Shown here: piece after piece, positions 41,091 to 50,091 of the stretch
Layout of the letters: each line of letters begins with the position of its first letter
How positions within the stretch are numbered: the first letter of the stretch is position 1
Assembly (NCBI GenBank): GCA_027339965.1
Contig: DAHWNL010000051.1
Span: 1 to 64,000 of the forward strand
Source of the DNA: Granulicella sp.
GTDB lineage: Bacteria > Acidobacteriota > Terriglobia > Terriglobales > Acidobacteriaceae
Direction: 5' to 3'
Length of the DNA stretch: 64,000 nt
Program-made: the position numbers and the translations under genes
The notes under the pieces: model-generated
Database searches by the model: none
Told to the model about the DNA's origin: nothing
Seen by the model: the letters and a program-made list of their open reading frames with translations, nothing else

Positions 41091-42490
41091 AACCTTCCCG
41101 TCAGTGTCTGAAGATTGGACAATGCCAGCTCATAACGAACCACGCCATCCGCGTCTGCCTTCTCTGTATCCAGCAAGGTGTTCTGCGCGTCCACCACCTC
41201 GAGTACCGTTCCCTCGCCACCCATGTAGCTGGACTCGGTCAAGCGCAAGCTCTCCCGGGCCGCGCTGACACTGGCATCCAGTGACGCCATCGCATCCCGC
41301 GCTGTGGTGGCCTCCGCATAGAATTCAGTAAGGTTGGCGATCAACCGCCGCTGCTCCGAAGAGAGATCCACCTTGGCCAGGTCGCGACGGATCTCGCTCT
41401 GCTTCACCTTGTGCTGGGTAGAGAGCCAGTTCCACACTGGAATATCCAGCGTCGCCATCGCAGAATAGCCCAGGTTTTTTGCATTGTCTGGACCATAGAT
41501 TGCGAACTGCGGCGCATCGATGCCGTAGGTCACGTTCAGCCCCAGGTCAGGAAGATACTCGGCGCGAGCCGAGACCACCTGCGCCTGGCTGGCCTGGAGC
41601 GCGGCCAGCGCGCTTTTCAGATCCGGGTTGTTCCGGCCGGCATCTTCATTCACCGTGGCGCGGTCGGGCAACATGGGCGGGGCGCTCACCTCAGTCGCAA
41701 AGGGGGTCCGCGGATCGGCGAACAGCAAAGCTGCAAGCTCCAGATGCGCCTTCAACGCCGCCAGTCTTGCGTCCTCCAGATCGCGGCTTCGCTGCTGCTC
41801 GGTCAGCGTCGCCTTGATGACATCGGCGTGAGCTGCCTGACGCGCCTGCTCGCGCTCCTCGGTAATCTGGACAAATCGGCGCGCATCGTCCACGGCCTGT
41901 TCGGTCACCTCGACCTTGGTATCGGCCGCCGTCACGCTGTAGTACAGCGTGGCCACTGCCGCGATCAGGCCGCGGCGCTCGATCTCCGCCTGTGCCGCCG
42001 CCTGCGCCTCCTCAGCGCTGGCGAGCGAGACAGCGCTGAACCTTCGCAGGCCGAGCGTCTCATTCACTACGGCTTGGCTGGCGTACTCGTGAATCGCGTT
42101 GTTGGCGATGAACCGCGGAGCTGCTTGATTCACCACCTGCCCGATGCGGTTGGTGGTGCCGTTAGCCTGCGTAAAGAGATATTGGTTGTGGAACACCACG
42201 GACGGCAACAGGCCGGCTACAGCTTCCTGGTGATCCAGTTGCGAGAGTTGCATCTGCGCCGTCGCTGCGGCAAAAGCCGGCTCGTTCTTCTCCGCCAGTC
42301 GGATGGCCTCCTCCAGCGAGAGCTTCGGCGCCGTCCGGTCCGCAGGATCCGGCTTGGCCGGAGCCGCCACGGCCGCGGCGCCCGCCTGCCCCACGGCCGC
42401 CACGCTGCAACGCAAGCAGACCACCCCCAACGCGGCCACCAACCACACCACCGCTCGCAGAGAAGATGAGACTTTGTGAATCATCCGCAC
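41087..42490 (-). CDS. TolC-family outer membrane efflux protein
   Basis: LSLEEAIRLA, YLPDL, LEVVDAQ; first gene of the TolC-MFP-RND operon. Confidence 0.9.
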   Translation of the reverse strand: MRMIHKVSSSLRAVVWLVAALGVVCLRCSVAAVGQAGAAAVAAPAKPDPADRTAPKLSLEEAIRLAEKNEPAFAAATAQMQLSQLDHQEAVAGLLPSVVFHNQYLFTQANGTTNRIGQVVNQAAPRFIANNAIHEYASQAVVNETLGLRRFSAVSLASAEEAQAAAQAEIERRGLIAAVATLYYSVTAADTKVEVTEQAVDDARRFVQITEEREQARQAAHADVIKATLTEQQRSRDLEDARLAALKAHLELAALLFADPRTPFATEVSAPPMLPDRATVNEDAGRNNPDLKSALAALQASQAQVVSARAEYLPDLGLNVTYGIDAPQFAIYGPDNAKNLGYSAMATLDIPVWNWLSTQHKVKQSEIRRDLAKVDLSSEQRRLIANLTEFYAEATTARDAMASLDASVSAARESLRLTESSYMGGEGTVLEVVDAQNTLLDTEKADADGVVRYELALSNLQTLTGRF

Positions 42491-42765
42491 CTCACATTAA
42501 ATACCAACCGTGTTGCCCCCTGGCGACTGGCTTGAAACAAGAAATCTTCCCGGCGCCTCCAGTGTTGTCGCTGCACCCCGGACAAAGGCGCAAAGCCTCG
42601 GCCCGGGCTCGCCCCACTTCCTTCCCTGCTCTCGACAAGCTCACGGCTGTTTAAGCCGGCAGCGGCGTCTCGGGTCTTGCGTGGGCGGGGTGCAAAATAG
42701 CCCTTGCGAAAGCATGCCGTGGCGCCAGGCGATCCATGCGCTGCAAATGCAATAGACTTCCTACC

Positions 42766-43473
42766 ATGAGTCTGGATCGTACGGATCTTTCTCTTGTCCT
42801 GCAACGAACCGCGCTGTTCTCAACCCTCACCCCCGAGGAAATTCACTTGCTGGCGGCGCGCGCGCTCAAGAAGCAGTTTACCAAGGGGGAGCTGCTCTTC
42901 TCCGAGGGCGAGCGCTGCCACGGGCTGCATGTCATCGCCAGCGGCCAAGTGCGCATCTTCAAAACTTCTCTCGGCGGGCGGGAGCAGATCCTGGCGGTGA
43001 ACGTCAGCGGCGAAACTGTGGCTGAGATCCCGGTCTTTGATGGCAGTCCCTATCCCGCCTCCGCGGTGGCGATCGATGAAGTGGAAATAATTTTCATCTC
43101 TCAGCAAATCTTTCAGTCCTTTTGTATGGAATATCCTCAGGTAGCGCTCAAAGTTCTGGCGGTGGCAGGCACTCGTCTTCGCCGGCTGGTGGGCATCATC
43201 GAGGAACTTTCGTTCACTACCATCCGCGAGCGGCTGATCTCCGCCCTGCTACGCATGGCGGAGAGTCAGGGAGTCGCCACCAGTCGCGGCATTGAATTCC
43301 AGTTGCCCGGAAGCCACCAGGATCTGGCCAGCCAGCTTGGAACCGTGCGTGAACTGGTCTCTCGCAATCTGATGCGATTGCAGGCCGAGGGTTTGCTTGA
43401 GGTGGATGCTCGTCAGATTGTGGTCAAGAACCTCAAAGAGCTTCGCTCCAGTCTGCATCAGACCTCCGCCTGA
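42766..43473 (+). CDS. Crp/Fnr-family regulator (HcpR/DNR-like)
   Basis: cNMP-like domain (LFSEGE, YPASA), HTH LGTVRELVSR; TAGACT 7 nt before the ATG. Confidence 0.9.
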   Translation: MSLDRTDLSLVLQRTALFSTLTPEEIHLLAARALKKQFTKGELLFSEGERCHGLHVIASGQVRIFKTSLGGREQILAVNVSGETVAEIPVFDGSPYPASAVAIDEVEIIFISQQIFQSFCMEYPQVALKVLAVAGTRLRRLVGIIEELSFTTIRERLISALLRMAESQGVATSRGIEFQLPGSHQDLASQLGTVRELVSRNLMRLQAEGLLEVDARQIVVKNLKELRSSLHQTSA

Positions 43474-43531
43474 GCTGCGCAGCCGGAGGCAGCGGCAAAC
43501 CTTGCCGCGCCAACAACGGTCACCGCGCCGC

Positions 43532-43960
43532 TCAGCTTGTCTTGCCTTCCAACTCTGCCACGCGCCGACGCAGTGCGCGCTCCTCCTGGAAGCGTTGGGT
43601 CTCATCCCGGATCACCGAGGCGATCCCATTCACCTTGCCCTCGTCGGAAAAGAGCAGCGCCACCGTAAAGGCGATCGACAAGGCGTGGCCATCCTTGTGC
43701 ACCGCGGGCACGCGCAGCAGATCAGCGCCGTAGCGGGTGTGACCGCTCTCCATGGTCTTCCGATAACCCTCCCAGTGGCGCTGCTGCAGACGTTCTGGAA
43801 TGATCAGGTCCAGCGAGTGCCCCAGGGCCTCACTCCGGGCAAAGCCGAAGATCCGCTCCGCGGCAGGATTCCAAAACGTGATCACGCCCTTTTCGTCGGC
43901 CACCAGAATCGCGTCTCCGATCGCCTCCAACAGTTGTTCATAAGAAATCTCGGCGGCCAT
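43532..43960 (-). CDS. Stand-alone PAS domain protein
   Basis: DAILVAD..ITFWNPAAERIFG..ALG, HKDG, IRD; GAGGAGG SD. Confidence 0.9.
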   Translation of the reverse strand: MAAEISYEQLLEAIGDAILVADEKGVITFWNPAAERIFGFARSEALGHSLDLIIPERLQQRHWEGYRKTMESGHTRYGADLLRVPAVHKDGHALSIAFTVALLFSDEGKVNGIASVIRDETQRFQEERALRRRVAELEGKTS

Positions 43961-44070
43961 GCAATCATCCTCCTCGAAATACTCGCGAGGCTCTGCAAAA
44001 TTCTTCCAACAACGACTTGGAAACCTTCAGTGGATATAGCCCTGATGCCGTCCACGGAGAGCGAACAAAC

Positions 44071-45423
44071 TCAGCATACGGCAAGCGCGTGCTCGCCCGG
44101 GGCTGAGGCAAACGAGGAGCGGCCCAGCGCAAAGGTGAGCATGAGATTCAGAGCAAACAGGTGCACCCCGCTCAGCTCCAGCATGGCCGAGGCCGGCAAC
44201 ACCTTCCATGCCACGGGGAGAATCCCTTCGTAGGCCAGCGCTTCCGAACTGGCGCGCAGCAGACAGCCGGTCTGCAGCATCAGAAGGCTCAGAAACATCA
44301 GCCGCTTGCTGTAGATGCTGTAGAAGCCCGAGAAGTGAGGAAGAATCCGGGGACCAATGGCAAAGATCATGGTCGCCACAAAGCCCACCGTGAGGGCGTG
44401 CCGGGAGGCCCCCCAGATGCCCCCGTGCTGATCGGCCACCGCTGCCCAGACGCCCAGAAAGCCGGCCACCGCCAACCAGAGGAATGCCACCCGAACAAAC
44501 GAGGGAAAGCTGGGGTGAATACCGGCCACCTTGGCCTGTCCATGCGGACGCTCCGCCAGATGCAGTGCAAAGCCGATGGCCACAGCGCTGACAGCAAGCA
44601 GCATGGTGGCCAGCAGCGTCCATCCGAAGACGCCGCAGAGGACGCCCAGCACATCCATCCAAAGAGCAAAACTCAGCAGATCCGAGTCAGGCTGCGGAAT
44701 CGCCAGGAACGCCGGCAGCCAGCGGGCGGAGAATCCCCACACCATGGGCGTCAAGAATCCCCAGGCCATCAGCACCAGATACCGCTGGTCGAGACCGTGA
44801 GGAAAGGCGCGGCTGGCCCCAACAAGCGCCAAATGCAGACACTCCACAAAGTTAAAAGTCACCATGGTGAATAGTCCCGCGCTGCCGAGCAGTACCGCGG
44901 CCATCCATAGTGGCATCGGGCTCCGACGGCTCCTTGACGTTGCAGCATCTGCTCCCAGAGCGGACCGCTCGTCCGGCCGCTTGTGCCTGGAAGCGGCCAG
45001 CAGAAACAGGAGAACCGCGGCCATCTCAGCGCCCGCCGACAAAGGATAGACCGCTCTCCAGTGCCAGCCATAGATACTGGCCACCCAGCGCGACGCAACC
45101 CCTGCAGTCCAGAGCAGGTAGCAAGCCAGAGGAAGACGGACCACTGAACGGCCGTGGGCGGGTTGCGAGTAGAACCCGATACCCAGGATAAAACTTCCCA
45201 CCCAACCAAAGACCTGCGCATGGCCATGGCCTTGAATCCATGCCGCCGGCAGCCCGCCCAGCCGGCGGTGGCTGACAATGGCCATCAGGTTGGAGAAACC
45301 CAGCAGCGTTCCCGGCAGCGCCATGAAGAAGATTCCGGTCGCAATCCAAAGCCGTAGCAGCACGCTCTTGCGCCGCTCCCGCAGCACCATTGCCTGTGTC
45401 GAATTCACCTGTCCGTTCTCCAT
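44071..45423 (-). CDS. nnrS: NnrS-family membrane protein
   Basis: HGHAQVFGW, RHALTVGF, GPRILP motifs; about 12 hydrophobic segments; GGAGG SD (alternative GTG start 45435). Confidence 0.78.
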   Translation of the reverse strand: MENGQVNSTQAMVLRERRKSVLLRLWIATGIFFMALPGTLLGFSNLMAIVSHRRLGGLPAAWIQGHGHAQVFGWVGSFILGIGFYSQPAHGRSVVRLPLACYLLWTAGVASRWVASIYGWHWRAVYPLSAGAEMAAVLLFLLAASRHKRPDERSALGADAATSRSRRSPMPLWMAAVLLGSAGLFTMVTFNFVECLHLALVGASRAFPHGLDQRYLVLMAWGFLTPMVWGFSARWLPAFLAIPQPDSDLLSFALWMDVLGVLCGVFGWTLLATMLLAVSAVAIGFALHLAERPHGQAKVAGIHPSFPSFVRVAFLWLAVAGFLGVWAAVADQHGGIWGASRHALTVGFVATMIFAIGPRILPHFSGFYSIYSKRLMFLSLLMLQTGCLLRASSEALAYEGILPVAWKVLPASAMLELSGVHLFALNLMLTFALGRSSFASAPGEHALAVC

Positions 45424-45468
45424 ACTTGCCTCCACTCCCCAAAATTAGTTGGCGCGAAACACCTCGGC

Positions 45469-45484
45469 AGGTACTTTTGTCACT
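45469..45484. promoter_or_regulatory. Crp/Fnr-type box between divergent nnrS and rSAM genes
   Basis: AGTGAC-AAAA-GTACCT on the - strand; centre 41.5 bp from both 45435 and 45518. Confidence 0.55.
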
Positions 45485-45517
45485 GCGCAGCCGTATCGGC
45501 TGGGTTTTCATCATCCT

Positions 45518-46666
45518 ATGAACCCGCTGAATCACACCACGGACTTCAACCAGACCCCCTTTCTCGCCATCTGGGAGGTCACCCAGGCCTGTGACCTGGC
45601 CTGCGTCCACTGCCGCGCCTCAGCGCAGCCCGAGCGCCATCCGCTGGAGTTGAGCACCGAGGAGGGCAAGCGCGTGATTGACGAAATTGCCGCCATGAAG
45701 ACGCCGGTCTTCGTTCTCACCGGTGGAGATCCGCTCAAGCGCCCCGACCTTTTTGACCTGATCCAGCATGCCCAGACCGTGGGCGTCCGCGTCTCGCTCA
45801 CCCCCAGCGCCACCCCTCTGCTCACCCGGGAGATGGTGGTTCGCCTCCAGCAGGCCGGACTGGCGCGGCTGGCCGTCAGCCTGGATGGAGCCTGTGCCGC
45901 CACCCATGACGCCTTTCGCGGATTATCCGGCTCCTTTGTGCGCACCCTGGACGCCATCCACTGGGCCAATGAGATCGGCCTGCCGGTCCAGATCAACACC
46001 ACCTTCAGCCGGCGTAACCTCACGGAGATCAATGTCATCGTCGCTCTGTTGGAGAGCGTTAAGGTCACCCTGTGGAGTGTCTTCTTTCTGGTTCCCACCG
46101 GCCGTGGCAAACTCGCGGATCTGCTCGATGCCCAAGAGTTCGAGGCGATCTTCGCCAAGCTCTATCATCTGTCCAAGACTGCGAGCTTTGACATCAAAAC
46201 CACTGAGGCGCAGCATTACCGCCGCTACCTTCTGCAACAGCGGACAGCGCAGCGTCAGGCCGGCCGCGGCGCAGCGCCCGCCGCGGAGAAGATTGCTGAC
46301 TCCATCGGCCGCGCGCCACGCGGCCTGAATGACGGCAAGGGATTCGTCTTCATCTCCCACACCGGAGAGGTGTATCCCAGCGGCTTTCTGCCCCTGCGGG
46401 CCGGCAACGTCCGTCGCCAGAGCCTGGCCTCCATCTACCGCCACTCCCCGCTCTTCCAGAGCCTGCGCGATACATCCCGGCTGCAGGGAAAATGCGGAGC
46501 CTGCGAGTTCAAGGAGATCTGCGGCGGCTCCCGCTCCCGAGCCTTCGCGCTCACCGGAAGCCCGCTCGGGGAAGAGCCCTGCTGCTCCTACATACCCCGC
46601 GGGTACGTCCCCACGGAGCAGATCCAGGCCAGGCCCCAAGGCCTGCGCGTGCTGCAGGGAGCATGA
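45518..46666 (+). CDS. Radical SAM/SPASM protein, TIGR04053/AhbD-NirJ-like
   Basis: WEVTQACDLACVHCRA, TGGDP, GEVYPSGFLP, CGACEFKEICGGSRSR. Confidence 0.85.
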   Translation: MNPLNHTTDFNQTPFLAIWEVTQACDLACVHCRASAQPERHPLELSTEEGKRVIDEIAAMKTPVFVLTGGDPLKRPDLFDLIQHAQTVGVRVSLTPSATPLLTREMVVRLQQAGLARLAVSLDGACAATHDAFRGLSGSFVRTLDAIHWANEIGLPVQINTTFSRRNLTEINVIVALLESVKVTLWSVFFLVPTGRGKLADLLDAQEFEAIFAKLYHLSKTASFDIKTTEAQHYRRYLLQQRTAQRQAGRGAAPAAEKIADSIGRAPRGLNDGKGFVFISHTGEVYPSGFLPLRAGNVRRQSLASIYRHSPLFQSLRDTSRLQGKCGACEFKEICGGSRSRAFALTGSPLGEEPCCSYIPRGYVPTEQIQARPQGLRVLQGA

Positions 46667-46702
46667 GGCAAAATAGAGGAACGCCGAGGAAGAAGGCAAA
46701 CC

Positions 46703-47242
46703 ATGAGCGTACAAATTGGCGCCAAACCCGATAGCGGTTTTGATGATCCCCTGGGCATGCTTGAGGATTGTCATCGCAGGATCCAACACTTCCTCGGCAT
46801 CCTGCACCTGGTCGCGGCGCGCGCTCCTGACCGCGCTCTCGACCCGGAAGAGGTTTCCGCGGTCAAAGCTGCGGTACAGTACTTTCACACCGGGGGTGAA
46901 CGTCACAACGCTGACGAAGAACAGTCGATCTTCTCCCGCCTGCGTAGCTTCCCTGCGGCCGGCGCCGAGTTCCTGGTCTTGCTCGCTCGCCTGGAACAGG
47001 ACCATGCTCGCTCGGCGGAACTGCATGAGGCCATCGATTGGCTCTACACGGACTGGATCGTGAAAGGAGAGCTCGAACCATCCCAACGGGAACGCCTGCT
47101 CTCCAACACCGCCGCCCTCCAGGATCTCTACAAGAAGCACATCGCCCTGGAAGAGACCGCGATCTTCCCCCGCGCCGCCGAACTGCTGAACGCCGAGACC
47201 ATCGCCGTCATCGGCCGCGAGTTCAGCGCCCGCCGCGCCTGA
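46703..47242 (+). CDS. Hemerythrin-like domain protein
   Basis: CHRRI, HNADEE, DH..H, HIALEE iron-ligand pattern. Confidence 0.88.
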   Translation: MSVQIGAKPDSGFDDPLGMLEDCHRRIQHFLGILHLVAARAPDRALDPEEVSAVKAAVQYFHTGGERHNADEEQSIFSRLRSFPAAGAEFLVLLARLEQDHARSAELHEAIDWLYTDWIVKGELEPSQRERLLSNTAALQDLYKKHIALEETAIFPRAAELLNAETIAVIGREFSARRA

Positions 47243-47547
47243 GCAGCTGCGGAAGACATCCCTGAACCGCAGGCGAAACAAAGAAGCGTGAAGTGACCAG
47301 CCAAAGCAAACAGACCCCGCCAGGCAGGAAAGCTCCACGGCGGATCTCACTCCTGCGTGGCTGCGGACGCCGAACCTTAAGCATCTCCAAAATTGGAAAA
47401 TCCACGTAGGTCAAGCACCATCGGCGCACCGAAGTTCTTTTTCGCTTTCCTTTGCGAATGAATCTTCCGGAACAACCGTTTTGTAGCTTTTTCAGCAACC
47501 CCACAAAGGCCGGGGCACAGCATTACCCCAACATCGAAAGGGCCTTA

Positions 47548-47658
47548 TAACATTTTCAGTGTTGATGGGTACACCGGAGTGGGCGTGTAGTGGCGTTTTC
47601 ATTGGGGAAAACGCCCATAGAAGTCGAGGCATTGGGTACACCTCCACTGAAACTGCTT
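47548..47658 (-). mobile_element. 111-bp MITE, copy 2
   Basis: TA-flanked (47546-47, 47659-60); same TIRs and hairpin; forms the TAA stop of the 742-aa gene. Confidence 0.88.
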
Positions 47659-49886
47659 TAGCGAAAGACCACCTCGATCTGCTGCGGCGCTGCCGTGTTC
47701 TTGAAGCGAATGAGCAAAGTTCGGCCGTTGTACTCATAGGATGCTGGATCTAACGGTTTCCCCCCAAGATCGATCTCGCGCGCTGCCCGGGCGGAGAGGA
47801 TGCGAACGACTCCGTGCGTATCTTCGATTCCCTCAACCTGAAAAGTCAGTCTGTTCTTGCCTTCTCGTTCCAACGTGACTTTGGCAGATGCGGCCAGGAT
47901 CCGCGGCCGGGATGAGCGAAAGGAGTTCACGTCCAGCAACAGCGCTCTTTCCCCCGGTTGAATCGTAAAGTGGTCGCTCTCCGCCAGATTGTTGTCAAAT
48001 AGATTGATGAAGTCTCCTGCAACGGAAAGTGGCCGCAGCGGTTGGCTCTGCTGCTCCGAGCCTTCCGCATCCAGGCCTGCGGCAATTACATAGTGGCCGC
48101 GCCGCAGCACCAGAACATGAGTTTGGCAGAGCGGCAGGCCAATGACCTTGGCAACAGTCTGGAGCGAGTCGTACACCACCTCCTGCCCAGCCGGCAAGTA
48201 GGTAAGAGCCGCTGGATTCTTCGCTTCGTACAGAACAAACCCTCTGCCAACTGCGTGCAGTCCGCTGGATCCCGGCTTCAAACCGAGCTCTTGGAAAAGG
48301 AGATCGCACGGCGTCTGAACCTTTCCATCCTTATCTCTCCACCAGGCATGAATCTTGTCGTAGGGATCCTTGTCATCATCGAAGACAATCAGGGCTCCGC
48401 CGGAATGGACCCACGCAACCAGCGCGGTTTGCGAATCTGGGTCAGGCGGCTTTTGGCCGTCATAAGTTAACAGCAGCACCTTGTATCGACGCAGGGCTCC
48501 GACGGTCACCGATCCCGGGCGGACGCTCTCCATCTGCACCGGTTCAACGGGCATGCCGCGCATCAGCAACGGGAGGGCCAGGCCATAAAACTCACCCAGG
48601 GAAGGATCGGATGGGTCCGGCGAGGCCCGCTCAAACATCAACGTGTCGGAGACAAGAACGCCGATGCCTCTGTTACCGGCAGACTCCCAATGCGTCTCCG
48701 CTGCCGGCTGTTGCATCTCGGCCAAGGCGTGGAAGACGGTCTGCAACTCCGTTGCGTACGCCTCTGGAATTGGAATCTTCGCCGGATTGGGATTGGAAGG
48801 TGAAGGTTCCGTAGCCGGATACGCGAAGCCCTCCCCAAAGATTCGCTCCGGCCATGGAAGCACCTCATAGCGCGACACCGCGGGTTGAAGAAGTGACGCT
48901 ACAAGCGTGCTCTCCCAGTTTTTGCGGTAATCACTCCAGGAGTGGTGAGGATTGTCTTCGATCGGATCATCGAGATACCAAATCGGCTTCCCTGAAGAAC
49001 GCGCAATATTCTGGAGAACTCCGTACTCCAGAAATGCTGTTTCAAACGTCCGCTCTCGCAGTACGCCCTCGTAAACATTCGGAGTCCGGGCGGTTCCGGT
49101 CCACACCTGCGCAATATAGCCATCTGCGCCTACCTTGAGCAAGGAAGACTCCGGGCTGACGATATGCCACTGTGCGTAGTTGATCAGGGAGTGGGTTGCG
49201 ACGTAGCACGGAATTGAGCGATGGTGCTTGGCACCATAAGCCTTCACGGATTGAAAGATCTGGGCCAGCGTGCGGCGATAGAGATAGTACTTGAGCTGGG
49301 AGGCGCGATACTGCGCGTCGGGGGAGCTGTCCGGCGCCTGCCAGGCCTGATGATATTCATCCTGCCACTGATTCCGGAAGCTTGTACTCCATCCCGCGCG
49401 AGCCCAGAACTCGGGCTCTTCCAGATAAACAGCCTGTGCTCCCGCATCGAGAGCGGACTCAATCTCCTTGCTCAGATACAAGCCGTAGGACCGATTCGGA
49501 GAGATATAGGGAATATCGCGTCCCCCATGCAGGATCAGGTTGCCGTTCTTCTCTTGCTGAGTCTCGTTCCAATGCTGTTTCCCATCGAAGCTTCCATCGA
49601 GATAGGCGCGATACCTTCCCCAAGCGACTCCAGTCATCAAATCCACATGATAGCCATGCGCCTTCCAGGAACGGATGCGCTCCGCGGTCGTGCCATCAAC
49701 CCCATAAACCATCACGGTATCGGCATCGATGTTGATCCGGGGCGACCATGCTCGGCTCGTCTGAAAAATGAGACGGCCTTGAGGGGCTTCGATCGTCCTT
49801 GACGGCGTCTGAGATGCCGCAAGCAACGTCTGGCCAGGAGCGAGCGAAAGACAGAAGGCAACCAGGATCAATGTATGGATCTTCAT
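47658..49886 (-). CDS. Secreted hypothetical protein, possibly glycoside hydrolase-like
   Basis: Signal peptide, Trp/Tyr-rich N-terminal domain with YLEEPEFW, C-terminal 'YKVLLLTY..WVHSGGALIV' GATase1-like segment; function is inference. Confidence 0.7.
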   Translation of the reverse strand: MKIHTLILVAFCLSLAPGQTLLAASQTPSRTIEAPQGRLIFQTSRAWSPRINIDADTVMVYGVDGTTAERIRSWKAHGYHVDLMTGVAWGRYRAYLDGSFDGKQHWNETQQEKNGNLILHGGRDIPYISPNRSYGLYLSKEIESALDAGAQAVYLEEPEFWARAGWSTSFRNQWQDEYHQAWQAPDSSPDAQYRASQLKYYLYRRTLAQIFQSVKAYGAKHHRSIPCYVATHSLINYAQWHIVSPESSLLKVGADGYIAQVWTGTARTPNVYEGVLRERTFETAFLEYGVLQNIARSSGKPIWYLDDPIEDNPHHSWSDYRKNWESTLVASLLQPAVSRYEVLPWPERIFGEGFAYPATEPSPSNPNPAKIPIPEAYATELQTVFHALAEMQQPAAETHWESAGNRGIGVLVSDTLMFERASPDPSDPSLGEFYGLALPLLMRGMPVEPVQMESVRPGSVTVGALRRYKVLLLTYDGQKPPDPDSQTALVAWVHSGGALIVFDDDKDPYDKIHAWWRDKDGKVQTPCDLLFQELGLKPGSSGLHAVGRGFVLYEAKNPAALTYLPAGQEVVYDSLQTVAKVIGLPLCQTHVLVLRRGHYVIAAGLDAEGSEQQSQPLRPLSVAGDFINLFDNNLAESDHFTIQPGERALLLDVNSFRSSRPRILAASAKVTLEREGKNRLTFQVEGIEDTHGVVRILSARAAREIDLGGKPLDPASYEYNGRTLLIRFKNTAAPQQIEVVFR

Positions 49887-50091
49887 CTCCGGGTGGGAAC
49901 CTCCGTTCGCCTTGAGATGGACGGCGGCGCATCGTTGGGGAGGATGTTCCGACCATCGTTCATGGGCGGATTAGCCGCGCGACCAGATTCTAGAAGAAAG
50001 ATGCGGTTAAGACCTTACACGTAGAGCCGCCGCGGAGTAGTCTCCCGGCGCCATCTCAAGCAGAACATGGAATCGCTCAGCCGGCAACGAT

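Noticed and set aside
47486..47503. TTTTTCAGCAACCCC resembling an IS terminal repeat
   Set aside because: No partner end or transposase found in the window
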